DNA from: Iphione sp. A-MEVVRFRX5
Taxonomy: Eukaryota
Length of the DNA: 64,000 bases
Assembly (NCBI GenBank): GCA_976226885.1
Contig: OZ320314.1
Location: 40,920,001 to 40,984,000, forward strand
Direction of reading: 5' to 3'
The notes below the pieces were generated by a model. The model did not search any database. It was not told the origin of the DNA and saw nothing but the letters and a program-made list of their open reading frames with translations. Shown here piece after piece: positions 1 to 13,720 of this stretch (the stretch's first letter is position 1; every line of letters starts with the position of its first letter). The translations under genes were made by a program, and so were the position numbers.

Positions 1-1190
1 GTAATTAAGACATTGTCCAAATTTTAAGCGATTTGATTGGTGGGCTCCCATAAAAACGTCATAAATAGTAAAAATGACATTGGCAGTACCCGTTACTTCC
101 TCGTTCAGTGATCCGTCATCAGCATCTCACATTTAGCATCCTTTTAAAAAGATAAAATTAATTTCACAATCCCTAAGAAATGATAGACATATCAAGTAGA
201 CCATTGTACCTCTGCTGTTGGCATATTTGTACATGCTCTACAAGGTGTAGGCCTATATGTCTATAACCCTCTGTGGAGATGTCTGCTACCTGTTGTGTTG
301 CTACTGTAATCCTCTGTAAGTGTGTCTTTTACCTGGGTTTTACCTGTAACCCTCTGTAACACTCTGTTTACTGTTGTGTGGCTGCTGTCTTCACTGTTTT
401 GTGATTGGGCCATGTTTCATTCTAGCATTGGCTGAATGTTAGGATTTAATGTTTAAATATGTTCAAACCAAACAATGTTGCCTTAATGTTCCATTCTAAT
501 GTTACCTGAATGCAATAATTTAATGTTTATATAATGTGTGAGGGTTTTTCGCTAGTCTAGCCTAACCAAACCACAACATTTTATTAATGTTTCTGGATAT
601 TATGTGTCAGCTGGGCAATGTTCATCTATCTTTCCTTGGGACAGGGCAAAGCTTAACCGCTAAAAGTCTGTCCTGCCTTATCTACATCCATGAATTGAAC
701 AAATAGAAATCTATTGTGGAGTAATGACCCGTTTGCTGTGAGTTTACGCCTATTGCTCTCTTCTGCCATCTAGGGATGGATATACCAACGAGGCAGGTGG
801 CTCTGTCGACGCTCTGTCCACAAGAGAAAAGGCTGTGGCTCGGATATCCTGACATGACTGGAGTCAGCCCATGTTAAATTTCTTTGCCTCACTAGTTACC
901 AGTAATCTAGCAGTTTTAAAGTACCTAAGCTTTGATGAAGCTCTTTGGTTGTACATGAAAGTTCCATATTTCTTCAAGTTGAAGAGTAAACAATAACAAT
1001 TAACATACCGTTAGTGCTTTAAATACAATACGGGAGGGGTTTAGGATTACTTTAGTAAGCAAATATGGACATGTTATATAGTGGGTAGTGATTAAATAAG
1101 TCAATACTGTCAAAGTGCGCATGTAACTATATTTAGTTCTTAAGGGGTTCCCCTCCATTTATGGAATTCCCCACTGCCTCCCTGCGATAG

Positions 1191-1311
1191 GTCACGTGAC
1201 AGTTGAAAATGGCGGCCAACCGTGTAAACATTTCGAAAGCGCCGTCCGGACTTTTATTGGAGTTTTACGTGTAATGCCATCCGAACTGCACCTACAAAGT
1301 TAATCCAAGGT
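1191..1311 (+). promoter_or_regulatory. Housekeeping-type promoter and candidate non-coding first exon
   Basis: Palindromic E-box GTCACGTGAC (1191-1200), YY1-type AAAATGGCGGCC (1206-1217) and a strong donor CAAG|GTAAGA at 1310. The ATG at 1209 hits a stop after 21 codons. Confidence 0.55.
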
Positions 1312-4300
1312 AAGATGGAACCCTGCTATGTGTGCTCGTTGTAGTTTGACAGTTTATTAACCCGATCTGTTTGTTTTGATGAACTGTGAGTGGGTTGAAA
1401 GTTGCAAGGTCTTGGAAGAGAGACGGACACACGAGGAATGTGTATTGAGGACAGGTGGCCGTTGGCATTGTTGGAGCTGTCCACTGGAATTTGTTATCTT
1501 GTTGTTTCCTGTGACGTTTTATCCCAACTAGACATTCACTTCCAGACAGTTCGATGGAGTTCCACTTATTTCTACCGTAAATCATAGATGTTTTTAGTTT
1601 AGTGGATAATGCTTACCTGTGTATGTGAACATCCGAGAACGAGAATGCCGACTGCGGTTCCCGGTCGTATTTCGGCTGACGCCGGCCTCGGCAGCAAGCG
1701 ACGCTGAGACATTTACTTTGACCCAGGCGCTCATAGGGTACACCTCGTATATGTGCACCTCGTTTTGTATGTAATATCTACACATATGTATAGAATGAAT
1801 GTTGCATATGGCACTGCAATAACTTCAATAACACAGAACATGTTGCCCCTATAATATACGTAACGTGTGTTTCGTCTGCCCCTGACGCTGAGGTTATGGT
1901 TAAGCCCCGGGGTTTTTAGTCAAGGAGAAACCTGTTCAATTAAAATCAAATAGACAGTATAGTTCATGGTAGCTGTGGCATTAGCCTCTCTCCTGGCTAT
2001 TGGATTCAGCATAATTTTATGCCGCCTGGCTAGCCTTTGGGGCGAGTATAGTATACATAACATAGAGACTTAATACTCTCCCGAAGCAGCAATCGGCTTG
2101 TTATCACTCAGCTATTTACCTGCACGGTCCCCATTCTCCCTACGGTTGGTTAGCTGTGGGACATTTCGCCTTCCGGAACTTATTTTACACACATCGATGG
2201 GTAGGCCCTAGCCTAGAGGGTCAGGTGCTGCTAGCTTGTGTTTGTTACAAGAGCCTAATCCGGTCACATTAACTTGATTTAACAAGCTCTTATAGCAGTC
2301 GCGTTCGCCTCTGTACACACACTTCGCCACGGTCTGTCGTAAGCGTTGTTAGTGTGTCGTCTGTGGAGATCATAACGCNNNNNNNNNNNNNNNNNNNNNN
2401 NNNNNNNNNNNNNNNNNNNNNNNNNNNNNNNNNNNNNNNNNNNNNNNNNNNNNNNNNNNNNNNNNNNNNNNNNNNNNNNNNNNNNNNNNNNNNNNNNNNN
2501 NNNNNNNNNNNNNNNNNNNNNNNNNNNNNNNNNNNNNNNNNNNNNNNNNNNNCAAAAAGGACTCCACTATCCGTCCAAGAGAGGTGATGGTAACGAGAGT
2601 GAATGCATTCAGACAGACAGCCAACACTGAACGATGAAGGTTAAGATAGAAACGGTGATACTGATAGACCTGAAATACTGTAGTTCGGGAGAAGGCTACC
2701 ACTACAATATTAACGCTGCGCGTAGGGGCACAAACACAGGGTGGAAACGAGACCTTTTTAGCAGGTTAAAGGAGACAGATTGCCAAATGGTGCTGAGTGG
2801 ACAGACTGAATGAGAAAAAGTGAGAATTCCGACAAAAGGGCAGGGTCAGGCAACACTATAACATTATCAGGGTCGGTGAACTGGTGGGTGTAGCCCTTCG
2901 CTATGTCCACACGCATTTGTTGACTCACTGCTTTAGGACGGCCGGAGGGGAGTGGGGGTTGTCAGAGAACTGAATATCAACGACAGATCTTTGCTCCGTC
3001 TCGATTCGAGTTCATCCCATCCATATCCTCCGTTATCATCTGGCCAGACTGAGATATCCTCAGCGCTCGCCTGTAGGAGGAGTTCACCTTCGCTGGACTG
3101 TCAGCCAACCTGCTGGAACGCAACACTTGTGACATCACAATAAGAGCCTCTGCCAATGAAAATCCACCATTTCCTTGACTTGTGTGCAAATGTCATGCGG
3201 TGACGGGTTGTTTTAGCCACCAGCGATGGGTTAATTGGTCGGTGTCTCCTTCGGCAGAGCTGAATACGAGCTACTTTCGACAGATGCTACAGTAGCATCC
3301 CTCGAACCCGACGTCAAGAGGGTCCAGGTTATTCTGCTCTTAATGGAAAGTTTCTCTTATTAGAGGATTGTTTTTGCTGTAAATAGTATAGAATTGAGTC
3401 TGGAAATGTCCTTACTTCTCAGTTGCCCTCCTAGTTGAGGTGCCAACAAACTGAGTGTCTACTGTGGTATGAAAGAATCAGCTGATATGTGCTGCTCTAA
3501 TGGAATCCATTAAATTCTGATGTATATGTTCAACAACTTCCCATTTCCTTTTTTCTTTGTTGTTGTTTTTCTTCTGAACACTTCCTTCCTTCCATAGGCT
3601 TCTCGGAGTCAGGTAAATGTACAGCGATTGCGATATGCTGTATATGTTCATGCTTTTCACTGAGTTTCTTAACTTTTTTCTGTATGTTTTCATGCCACAG
3701 ATAAAGCCGAGGGTAGTCCATTGTTGTGGCCTGGAAAATTTGTGGCATTGATAAAAAAAAGTATCGCATGATAGAAAAAGGATACCATCACCCTACAAGC
3801 GTCTCCTTATAAATACTCTTGTACATGTAGCACTGCGAGCGATTCTATTATTCTGTCATTAATAGCATTTCTGTCATCGATGTTGACGCATAGACGATAG
3901 ATATAAACAGAAAGTCATCAGTAACGACGGGCAAAATATCCTTCATCGTAGAGGGCCTAGGTCGTGCATAACGGAGCATTCTTTTCCACACGGAGGCAGT
4001 TCATATAGCACACAAGGCTGTAATGAATACAGTGGATAGTAGATAGAGAGCATGATGGAAATATCAAGCTTTTAGTAGGGCGTTAAAATATTGTGTTTTG
4101 TCGCCCGGTGCTCCCAGTCTTTGTAGTCATACGGTTTGGCGTGCGTGCAAGAATGAGGTCGACATTACAATGGCTACGCTTGTATCGGCCGGAGCCCACT
4201 GTACTGAATTAATCATTCGTTTATAATTCGGCCCTTTTTAGTCGAAGATGTCATAAAAGAGTTAGCCATGTGGTCTGCATCGGATCTATGCCCCCGGAAC

Positions 4301-4749
4301 ATGAATTCCCTTCCTTCCTGAATTTCTTCACCCCACTCGCCATGAATAGGTAAAGAGGAGAACGAAAATGTTCCTTGTCATCTTTTGAGAAAATCACGAC
4401 ATTACTCACCAGTAGTTTCTCGGAATCATATCCTGCAAAGCAAATCTGTGTAGATGTACATGTATCTGTGCACATTTATAGGGAGGTTTTGCTTTCTAAG
4501 AGGATTGAGTGAATGGGCTAGGTCTTTAGGAGGTTGCAGCGTAATTATGCTGTAATTTTTGCTCACTATTAGGAATGTGTAATTTTCTTTCTAAAATTTG
4601 TAGAGTTATTTAAATGTTATGCAGACCTGGTAGCTTTTTATATGTAGGTGTACGGTGTGTGTGTTTTTGTGTGTATGTTTGTGTGTGTGTGCGCGCGCAC
4701 ACATGTGGTCTAGTCTGTCCATCTACTCTCACCTAGGATTTCATCTATC

Positions 4750-4934
4750 TCTCCAGCCACCCGTCTTTCTTTTTACCGGTCGGTCACCTCAAGTGTGTCT
4801 CCCTAGTGCCAACTCGTAACCTAAGAAAGATGACCCCGAGATGGATGACCCCCGAGATGGGCCTCAGTCATCACGTCGGGGTCGGTCCCTCAGTGGCTGG
4901 AGTGAGATGTATCGTAGATGACCAAGTCACTGTA
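4750..4934. mobile_element. Probable older CAGT...ACTG|TA MITE remnant
   Basis: Internal CAGCCACCC and CGGTCACCTC motifs, a duplicated GATGACCCC(C)GAGATGG, and a right end GTCACTG|TA. Confidence 0.3.
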
Positions 4935-7900
4935 GGGACTGTGACATTCGATGAGTTCCCAATTAATTAAAAATAATAGCGATAATTTATTAATAACATT
5001 TACTAATTAATAATGATAACGACAATTTTATTGTCGATATCATCTTGTTAAGGAGTTTTGCAGATATTGAAACATACGTTGAATAGTACATCGTTATACA
5101 TGATCAGCGTTTACGGTAAACACACATTTGTCTGATATGACAGTTTCTCTATGCCATTGTTTCATTAGACATTTCGAATTATTACTAATTTGTACATTTG
5201 GCAGGGAGGTCATTTCGCTATTCAATACGAGTTGATGTTATGAATGTCTTTGCCAGTTGTATTTTATGAAAGCCATTTCTGTAAGGCTTCCAGAAGTCCA
5301 AAGCTGTTAAGTTCATAGATCTCATAGAAAATATCTTTACAAGTAGATTCCCATACAGCGGTAGTGTTGCGATAGGACGGCAGTTTTTTTTAAAACTCAG
5401 TTTTGGTGCTCTTTTTCAAAGTTTGTACTATTATCCCCAGTTTCCTCGAAGAAATGACCGTGCCTGTAGATAGCAAGTGATTGCACGAGTCTGGGAAGTC
5501 AAACAACTCTATTTTCAGTGAGTTTATAAGATATCTGCTAGGGATGACCAATGTATTGCACGCCTTATTCAGTTTTACCTCTTTGGGAATGGTGGAGTCA
5601 ATTGTAACTGATGGACGATATGTATAAGGTCAAACCGATGCATATGTTATCCGGGATATGCCTTTAACCTTGGTCATAATGTTATTCTTTACCTGGACAA
5701 AGGGTGGTTCTCATAATATGAAAAATAAATTGAATGGGATATTATCGTCTGTCTGTGTGTGAGACATCTATGTGAGTGAATATCATTTGTCTGTGTCTGT
5801 GCGAGCTGCTGTGTTCGTGTGTCGGGGTGGTGGTGAGTGATTTGGCGCCTGGTACATGCGGGCTAAATGCTAAAGAAACAAAAGACACATGCCTATTACA
5901 TTCTTCACCTACAATGCGAGTTTAACATGTGGCAGAATAGCATCACAACCCATGCATATTTAAGTTAAGGAACTTAGCTATTTTAATTGACATAAATCAT
6001 GAACTGGAAAGGAAGAAGTTACGTTTGTGTATACATGTATATAAGAGGAGAAAGAGGCGGACATTGGTGCAAATATTAAGGCTTATATACGGGGACTGGT
6101 AATCAGAATCGTAGTATCGAGCTCTACCTGTTTGCTTCCAGGGTCGCAGTTTGCCACACCCGAGCTGGTTTTCTGCAGTGGAACGCTGATTCTCTGACGC
6201 CGTGCGTGCTGCATACGTGTTTTTGTGTGTGTTTTTGTATGTGTGTGTGTGTGACTGCGTGCGTATACATGTATTTGTATGGGCGCCCGCGCAGGTATCT
6301 GTGTCCGTGTGTGTGTGTTTCACGTTTGATCACTGGCATCGTTTTTTTCTCTTTTTTAGAAACATACATGTAGTGCGATTATCATCACTCATCGTCATGA
6401 ATATATCTTCCCCCCTTCCACACTCACACACAGACAAATACAAGGGGAAAACCTCAAACAGGCGTCTGTGCATGCATCTCGTTGCGGTGTTAGTTTCGGA
6501 GAGTTTAAACACGCATATCGCCGCCTGGCCCATCGTCTGTAGGCAGTGCCCGTACCGTACTAACCTGCGCCGAGCAACACGAATCTCATCACTTATTGAG
6601 TTGCTCTCGGCGGGTGGTCCCCATCGTAGCGGACATTAAATGCTCAGATCAAATCCGAGAGCCCAAAAAGTAGAATTTTCACCTCGTCTCAGTACACGTA
6701 CTTCTGTTATTATCCTATATTTTTTACCCCAGGTAATCTTTCAATCAGACTTATCAGTCTCACGTTTTGTGATGTGTTACTGAGCAACTCGAGATGATCA
6801 AGACTTGTCTAGGATGGTACAGCAGGCCCCGTGTGACAGTATGATGCTCGTCCCTAAAATGAAAAGAGAACAGATTTCTCAGCAAAGTGATCAATATTTT
6901 GATGGCGGAGTAATCATAATCAGATTTTCAAATTATCATCCTGCCCTGTCCGTATACCATTCATAGCACTGCATGTTCTGGGATGTTAATGTATTAGTGA
7001 TTTACGAGGATGGATTTCAGTGTTGTTAGTAGTACTTGCTACTCTATAAACAACACAGACACACATATATACACAAATGTATGTATAGGAGTGTATAAAT
7101 TTAAATGCAGTGTTTTGCTATATAATATGAGTATCTCCATAGGTAGATAGCCTCACGCAGTTGAATAGTATTTTGTGATGTGTAGTGGTAAGTAGCCCGA
7201 GAGGTATTCTAGAACCATCGCAAGGACTCTAAGTTCAGAGCAAAGACCACTGACTTTCCTATGTTGAGACCCTCCACTTTTGAAGCCCATACCGTACATG
7301 CCGAATCCACCTGCTGTGAATCTCAGCATGAACCTTGATGGAAGGAGAGTGTTTAACACTATCCTGCGAGTAAAGTGGCAATTTTCATTCAGGATGGGAG
7401 CCAGTTTCAGTTCCGTACGTTGGCTTGTCGGCCAACCCAGATATTAATTGCCCTGTCTCTTATCGATTTCATCAGGACGTCAACTATCAGGAGCGCCCCC
7501 CACCTCCCGGTGTTATTTTTGGTGCGTTCGCGGCGCTGTTAAGCGTCGACTGGCAGAGGAGAGTGTTTTGGGATGAAATATTAATTTTAGACGAGAAGTT
7601 GTATTGTTTAAAAATTGGCGAGAATCCAGTCGTCAACAGCGGTCGCGCCAAAGATAAGTAGTCTGTGCATCCATTTTTAACATAGTTGTGATCCTCTTGG
7701 TGCCGATGCATGGGCCCATTGATTGATACCAGACCAGGACTTCCATCGTGAAGGGAAAAGGGCACACTTGCCGAGTTGTGGCCATCTGGGCCCAGGCAAG
7801 TTGAAATTGAATTGAATTAACCCATCTTACAAGGGTCTGGAATTGAGGATACAGTCCTAATTAGATCTCTAGAAACGGACATTTTCTAGACTTCACCTGG

Positions 7901-10900
7901 CATTTTTGTAGAGCGTATGCAGATTTACTCTTACGTGTGTGTGTGTTGGGGGGGGGGGGGCAAGCACACAATGAAACTTGTGGTAGGATATGAATGGAGT
8001 GCCATCAAACCTGAAACTTTTGATTGGAAATTGATAATATAATTACAAAGGTTCCACGCTAGCAAGGATAGAACAATTTACCTTTTAGTTCTGCTATACA
8101 CACATACGCAGCAGCAGACGGCATTCAAATGGGTACACGAAAATCGAATCTGGTTGGTGAAGCTACTCTTTGATCATGGGCGTAGTAGCTTCAGACCCGG
8201 TCCAACTATATTTGAAAATAACCATATTCGAGAAAAGAAACAATGTGTTTCGGTCATGTTAAAATTGGGCCCAGGGTACTCTCGAGAGCAACAGACAAAT
8301 TGTAGGTATTAGAAAAACCAGCTCACGTAGACGTTTTCATTAGCATTGATCAGTAGTTTATCCCGGGGTTGCGACTCAGAATGGGTAACGCTTGTGTTAT
8401 CACAGGTGTAATCGACTAGGAACAATGTTGTACATATTGAGCCTGACAAATCCCTTTAATAAGAATGTGTTCGAAAGACATTTCCGTTTCTGTTAAAGCA
8501 TGACCAAGTCTAACTTTCCCCAGGAGGAGCTTTGTTGTCATTTTGATAAATGAAAGCAGGAACCGTATCGAATCAAGTGACGGGTCATTAGCATATTTAA
8601 CGACAGGCAGGCTTAGTGATCAGAAGAATGAGGCCAGGAGAAAGTAGCCAAACACTCTATTAAGCTAACCAGCAGTGTCAACAGAAAAAGGTTTGTAAAA
8701 TTATAACGCAAAACGATCGGGATTGGATCAGACTGGGGTAGTATAAGAACAGCCCAAAGTTGGACTTGTTTGATCTGCAAACAGCGAGGAAGGCCGGGCT
8801 GAAATGCCGCACTGTGTAACACACTGTTTGGCAGGCCGAGAGGGCAGGTGCATTAGGAGGTTTTCTCATAGTTGTTTTTGCATGTGCACCCTAAACACAC
8901 CCAAGAGGAGCGGCCTCTCCAGGTGTACACCCCACCCGCTTCCCCCCACCCCCCTTCCTATGCTTTCAGCCATTGTGCTCTGTTCGTCTGCCCCATCTGC
9001 TACATGATGTGATTTTCTGATACTCGTAGAAGAACAGGATTGCTCTTTCAACCATCAAGTGCACTGTAAAGTGTCTTACATTGACAGGTTCCAAAGAGCG
9101 TTGGTCAAATGTCATATAGGGCAGTTAACAGATGACCTAAAAGACTGATATGAATAGGTGGTCCGTGGCTATTACACAAAAAATCACAACTTTTGAATAT
9201 TTTTTTTATAAATACGGTACATATCCAGACCAGGTATGTGAGCGAGATTTAAAGTGTCATATTTTAAATAGCATGGCTCGCTTAGAGTCATCACAAGACA
9301 CCAAAATGTTACACACCAGTCAGGTATATTTAACAACTGTCAATACCTCTGGTCTTAACTGTTAAAGTTAAAATGTATAGGCCCAGTCGTAGAATCGACC
9401 GATCCTTGAACATACGGAAGTAACACTAGTGATGTGAACACTAGAGATATGGAAGTAGTGGATGGAAATCAGTGGGTAGCGGAGTTCGGTCGGGCTGGTG
9501 GGTGGTGGTGTGGGTGGGTGCGTGGTTGAGTTTAGTAGCATTGGTAGATATTGGTCAATTATTTATGGGGTCCCTCCAGATTTTGGCGGCCATTCAAGTG
9601 CGGCCAATTACGCCCTCCTGGTCTGGTCGGAATCTCACCCACAAACAGGCCCAAGACGCGTGCATGGGCTGGCCAAGTAGTATTTAAACTGCGATTACAG
9701 TGTGGATCTTGAGCATGAAAAGCGGACGGCTTTTCATACCAGCGGCTTGCGCCATAGTTTAAGGAGGTTTGGGTTGGGTAGGTGGGGGTGGGGGGGTGGT
9801 AGTTGTACCTTAAAGTAGGGCTACATAGTGCTACTGTTCCGGGAGGGGTTATTTAGATTAAGCCTTAATCCTTATGTGCACGGAACCATCTACTGTGACC
9901 GTATTTAATCCTGGGCCGGGACAACAGGGTTTCATGTGGTCTCACTAATTCCTGAACATCACGCCCTGGGGGACGCAGGGCCCCTATGTTGACATCAAAA
10001 TATTATATGCCCTTTAATAGATCTATTAGTGAACACAGGCTGTCTATTTGATGGTAATTTCGTGCATGTTGAAATAGTATGTATACCTATGAAATGTATT
10101 ATTATTGTATTGTAAGAAATGTATTGTAACGCACCTACATACATCTATCTGGTCTACAAATGACGTACAATGGACGTAAAGCCCAACCTGGATATCTGTT
10201 ATGCATACAACGTATGAAAAACCCACCTAGAAATCTTGTCTACATACAATATTTATTTATTTATTTATTCACTTATCAGTGATAAACAATTGTTGTGCTG
10301 TTACTAGGGACTCTTTTACTGGTCACCACAGTGATATTATGTCACAATAAATCACCATGGATATGTCAGCTGCAGATGAAATCTTTACATTCCATTTTCA
10401 AGGTAGCGCCTGGTCCCAAGAGCATAAGCCACGTTTATACATTTTCTACATACAATATTTATGAAATACACCTGGAAATCTGGTCTACATGCATTCTTAG
10501 TAGAAATATCACCCTTTCATTCAGAGTCGCGCCATATAACTACATGTACCTGTAGTTGTTAGGAATATCATGTAGATATACATTGTATCGCGAGGACTTT
10601 AACACTGCTTTAACAGAGATGTGATAATAGCGTAAATTTGGAAGTGCATATAATTGATTTTTAATATGCATGCTGCTTGATAATATATCTCTAATGCACA
10701 CATAATTAAATACGTCATGTTTGTACGGAAAAATGTGAGTTCCGTGTTATTTTTATTTTTAAACAAGAACATGCGTTGTTTTTTTAGAGATGGATACATA
10801 CATGTACACACACACATACATATATATATATATAAATATATATATATATACTTTAGTTCAACAACTTTGATACGACTTGCTATAGTTGGGTACGAGGTCA

Positions 10901-12745
10901 CGTGATACTATCTGAGATGTACACCTGTGTGGAGCAATGTCCTAAAGTCAAGATCATATTTCACTGGTAAGCTAATNNNNNNNNNNNNNNNNNNNNNNNN
11001 NNNNNNNNNNNNNNNNNNNNNNNNNNNNNNNNNNNNNNNNNNNNNNNNNNNNNNNNNNNNNNNNNNNNNNNNNNNNNNNNNNNNNNNNNNNNNNNNNNNN
11101 NNNNNNNNNNNNNNNNNNNNNNNNNNNNNNTGAACCCTCCTCCATGTTGAGCAGTACATGTACTCACATAGTGTATCTTATGCATATCCATGTATGTATG
11201 CTCGTATGAATGAGCATGTTCGTGATATTGTGTGGCACGAGGCTGCCAAATTTAATATTTGGTAATACATATGGACGACCCAAGGGGCGGACAAAGTGAA
11301 CCGTCGCATCCTGAAACACCTTGACGTGTGAGATACTCGCCGACAATACTACACTTTGAAGAACCGTTAAGAGGCATCTTCTTCCTTTCATTCTCCCTCC
11401 TCTACCTCCACTGACAGGGCCGTGGTCCCCTTCAGGCCGGTGACACGCTCTGATGGAGCGAGGGTGGATCAGAGTCTCACCTCGAATGCAGCTTTACCTC
11501 CCTTAACGAAGGAGATTTGTACTAAAAAGGGGATTTCTTTGTGAGATATTTTGTTATCAGATATGTAGCATTACAGAACTGATTTTAGTTNNNNNNNNNN
11601 NNNNNNNNNNNNNNNNNNNNNNNNNNNNNNNNNNNNNNNNNNNNNNNNNNNNNNNNNNNNNNNNNNNNNNNNNNNNNNNNNNNNNNNNNNNNNNNNNNNN
11701 NNNNNNNNNNNNNNNNNNNNNNNNNNNNNNNNNNNNNNNNCTTTGAGTTAGTTCTCCTGAGAAACAGTTGATAGAGTGGCCTCAAGCCTCAAGGTGCCTA
11801 TATAAGAACTTCGTTCGCAGAGGATTCGTTAGCAGAAGTATATCTCTAGAAGGTTTGGAGTCAGCTGGCGGATAAGTTAACCCTTCTTATCTGAGGTACC
11901 CATAAAAGATGTTACAGAATATAGAAAACTGTTTAGCGGCGACTGATTCTTCGGAGACTATGTGGGCGTTTGTCACTGGAAGGGGGCATTACATTGCAAT
12001 AAGTTAGAGGCCTAATGAGGCTTTGTTGAGGGAGGTGGTGGGTGGGTGGGTGGATGGGTTTTGTGAGGGGAGAAGGACAAAGTAGGCTTGACTAATGGGA
12101 ACGTCCCAGAAAAAAAAAATCCACTGGCTTTTATGTGGACGTAAAACCAGCAGTATGACTTCTGTTCAGCAGATACCAGATAAGATGTATGATACCAGTT
12201 GCAGTGCTCAATAAGGCAGCCACAGGCCACAGGTGTTCACCAACGGCCGGCCCCGTGTACACTTGGTTTATTCAGGAGGCCTCTATGATTCCTTATGCCT
12301 CCTAGATACGTTATTATCATCGGTCATGATCGATGTTTGTCTCTTACATTATACCCCTGAAAACTGCTCCAATTAAATATGGATATATATATATATTTAT
12401 ATTTATATAGTTTGGGTTAAATCTGGTCCCCTGTTGATGTCTGGTCTCCTGGATAACCTTCCTTGTGCTTAGGTGAGAGTCAACTATACATGTAAGAGAA
12501 GCTTGAAGGGACTAGGTCCATGTAATATTAAGCTTTCTTGATGGCCCATCTGGATACATTCCTTTTTGGTTAGTGCCCCTTTTATCAGCATTGTTGACTT
12601 GTGACCTTTCTGAGTGCAACACTACACACACAAGTCATTCGTGCATAGACACGCCAGATAACACAGATCAACGGTATGAATAGGCCATGTGGGTCTCTCT
12701 TTGTCTACCCACATTTTGAGGTCTTTTCACCTTCTGTTAGATTTA

Positions 12746-13051
12746 GGGGCTGTTCACACGTATCTGTATGAAACAAGGATGAAAGACACGTCTATGGTTC
12801 CGGGGGCGTAGAATATCTCCTGCTGTGTGTATATATACATATGTTAACCAGACGTCTTTTACCATTGCTTCCTATGGAAAATGGATCTGTATACGTAGGA
12901 AAACCGTCGCCGACGGGTTGGTGATCTACGTCTACGGGCCGGTAGACATAGATAACTATAGATACGGCCACATGTGAAGCATTCACTGGATTACTATAGG
13001 ACGGGTAAAAAGCTACGTCTACAGGACTGTACGGGCGCGCGTGAACACCCC
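12746..13051. mobile_element. PIF/Harbinger-type MITE, copy A
   Basis: TTA|GGGGCTGTTCAC ... GTGAACACCCC|TTA, so TIRs plus a 3-bp TTA TSD. Internal blocks are shared with copies at 28398, 45039 and 46751. Confidence 0.8.
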
Positions 13052-13178
13052 TTACTATCCATCTTTTACACGTTTGTCTGTTTCTCTTTGTCTCACACAG
13101 CATACACACTTAACTCCTTCTGTCCTGTTTGGGCTATTTTCTCTCTTTGTCTCGCTTTCGCCTTCTCGCTCCCTTTTT

Positions 13179-13209
13179 CTGTCTGCCTGTCTATCTGTCT
13201 GTCTGTCTA

Positions 13210-13270
<61 letters not shown>
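13179..13270. repeat. (CTGT)n/(CT)n microsatellite
   Basis: Direct reading. Confidence 0.95.
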
Positions 13271-13273
<3 letters not shown>

Positions 13274-13668
13274 TGTCACAACTTTCCGGAACTTTCTTTG
13301 TTCAAATTCCTTTCCTAATCTTTTCGTCTTTCTTGTCTACACCCTCACCCGTAGCAGCAGTACACTGACACGTCTCGTAAGCTTGAGAAAGAGCAGAACG
13401 GCTTTTCGCAGACCGAGTTAGCATCTCTCCTATGACAAAAGGCACAGCCCGTCCCAGGCGATGGTAAATGGTGCTTTGTACGGAGCTCAGGGGCTTCACT
13501 AATACGCCACGGGCAACAGCAATCCAAGTCATCACAAACGCGGGCCCGACAGTGGCGCCCTCATCAGGCATGCCGGTGACACTTGTACCCCAGGGGGCAA
13601 CCAGTGGAGAGGGTCGGGCCGCTAACATATGCCGTTTGCCAGAGACGAGGGCTGTATTGACGGCATAT

Positions 13669-13672
<4 letters not shown>

Positions 13673-13717
<45 letters not shown>
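13673..13717. repeat. (AT)n microsatellite
   Basis: Direct reading. Confidence 0.95.
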
Positions 13718-13720
<3 letters not shown>

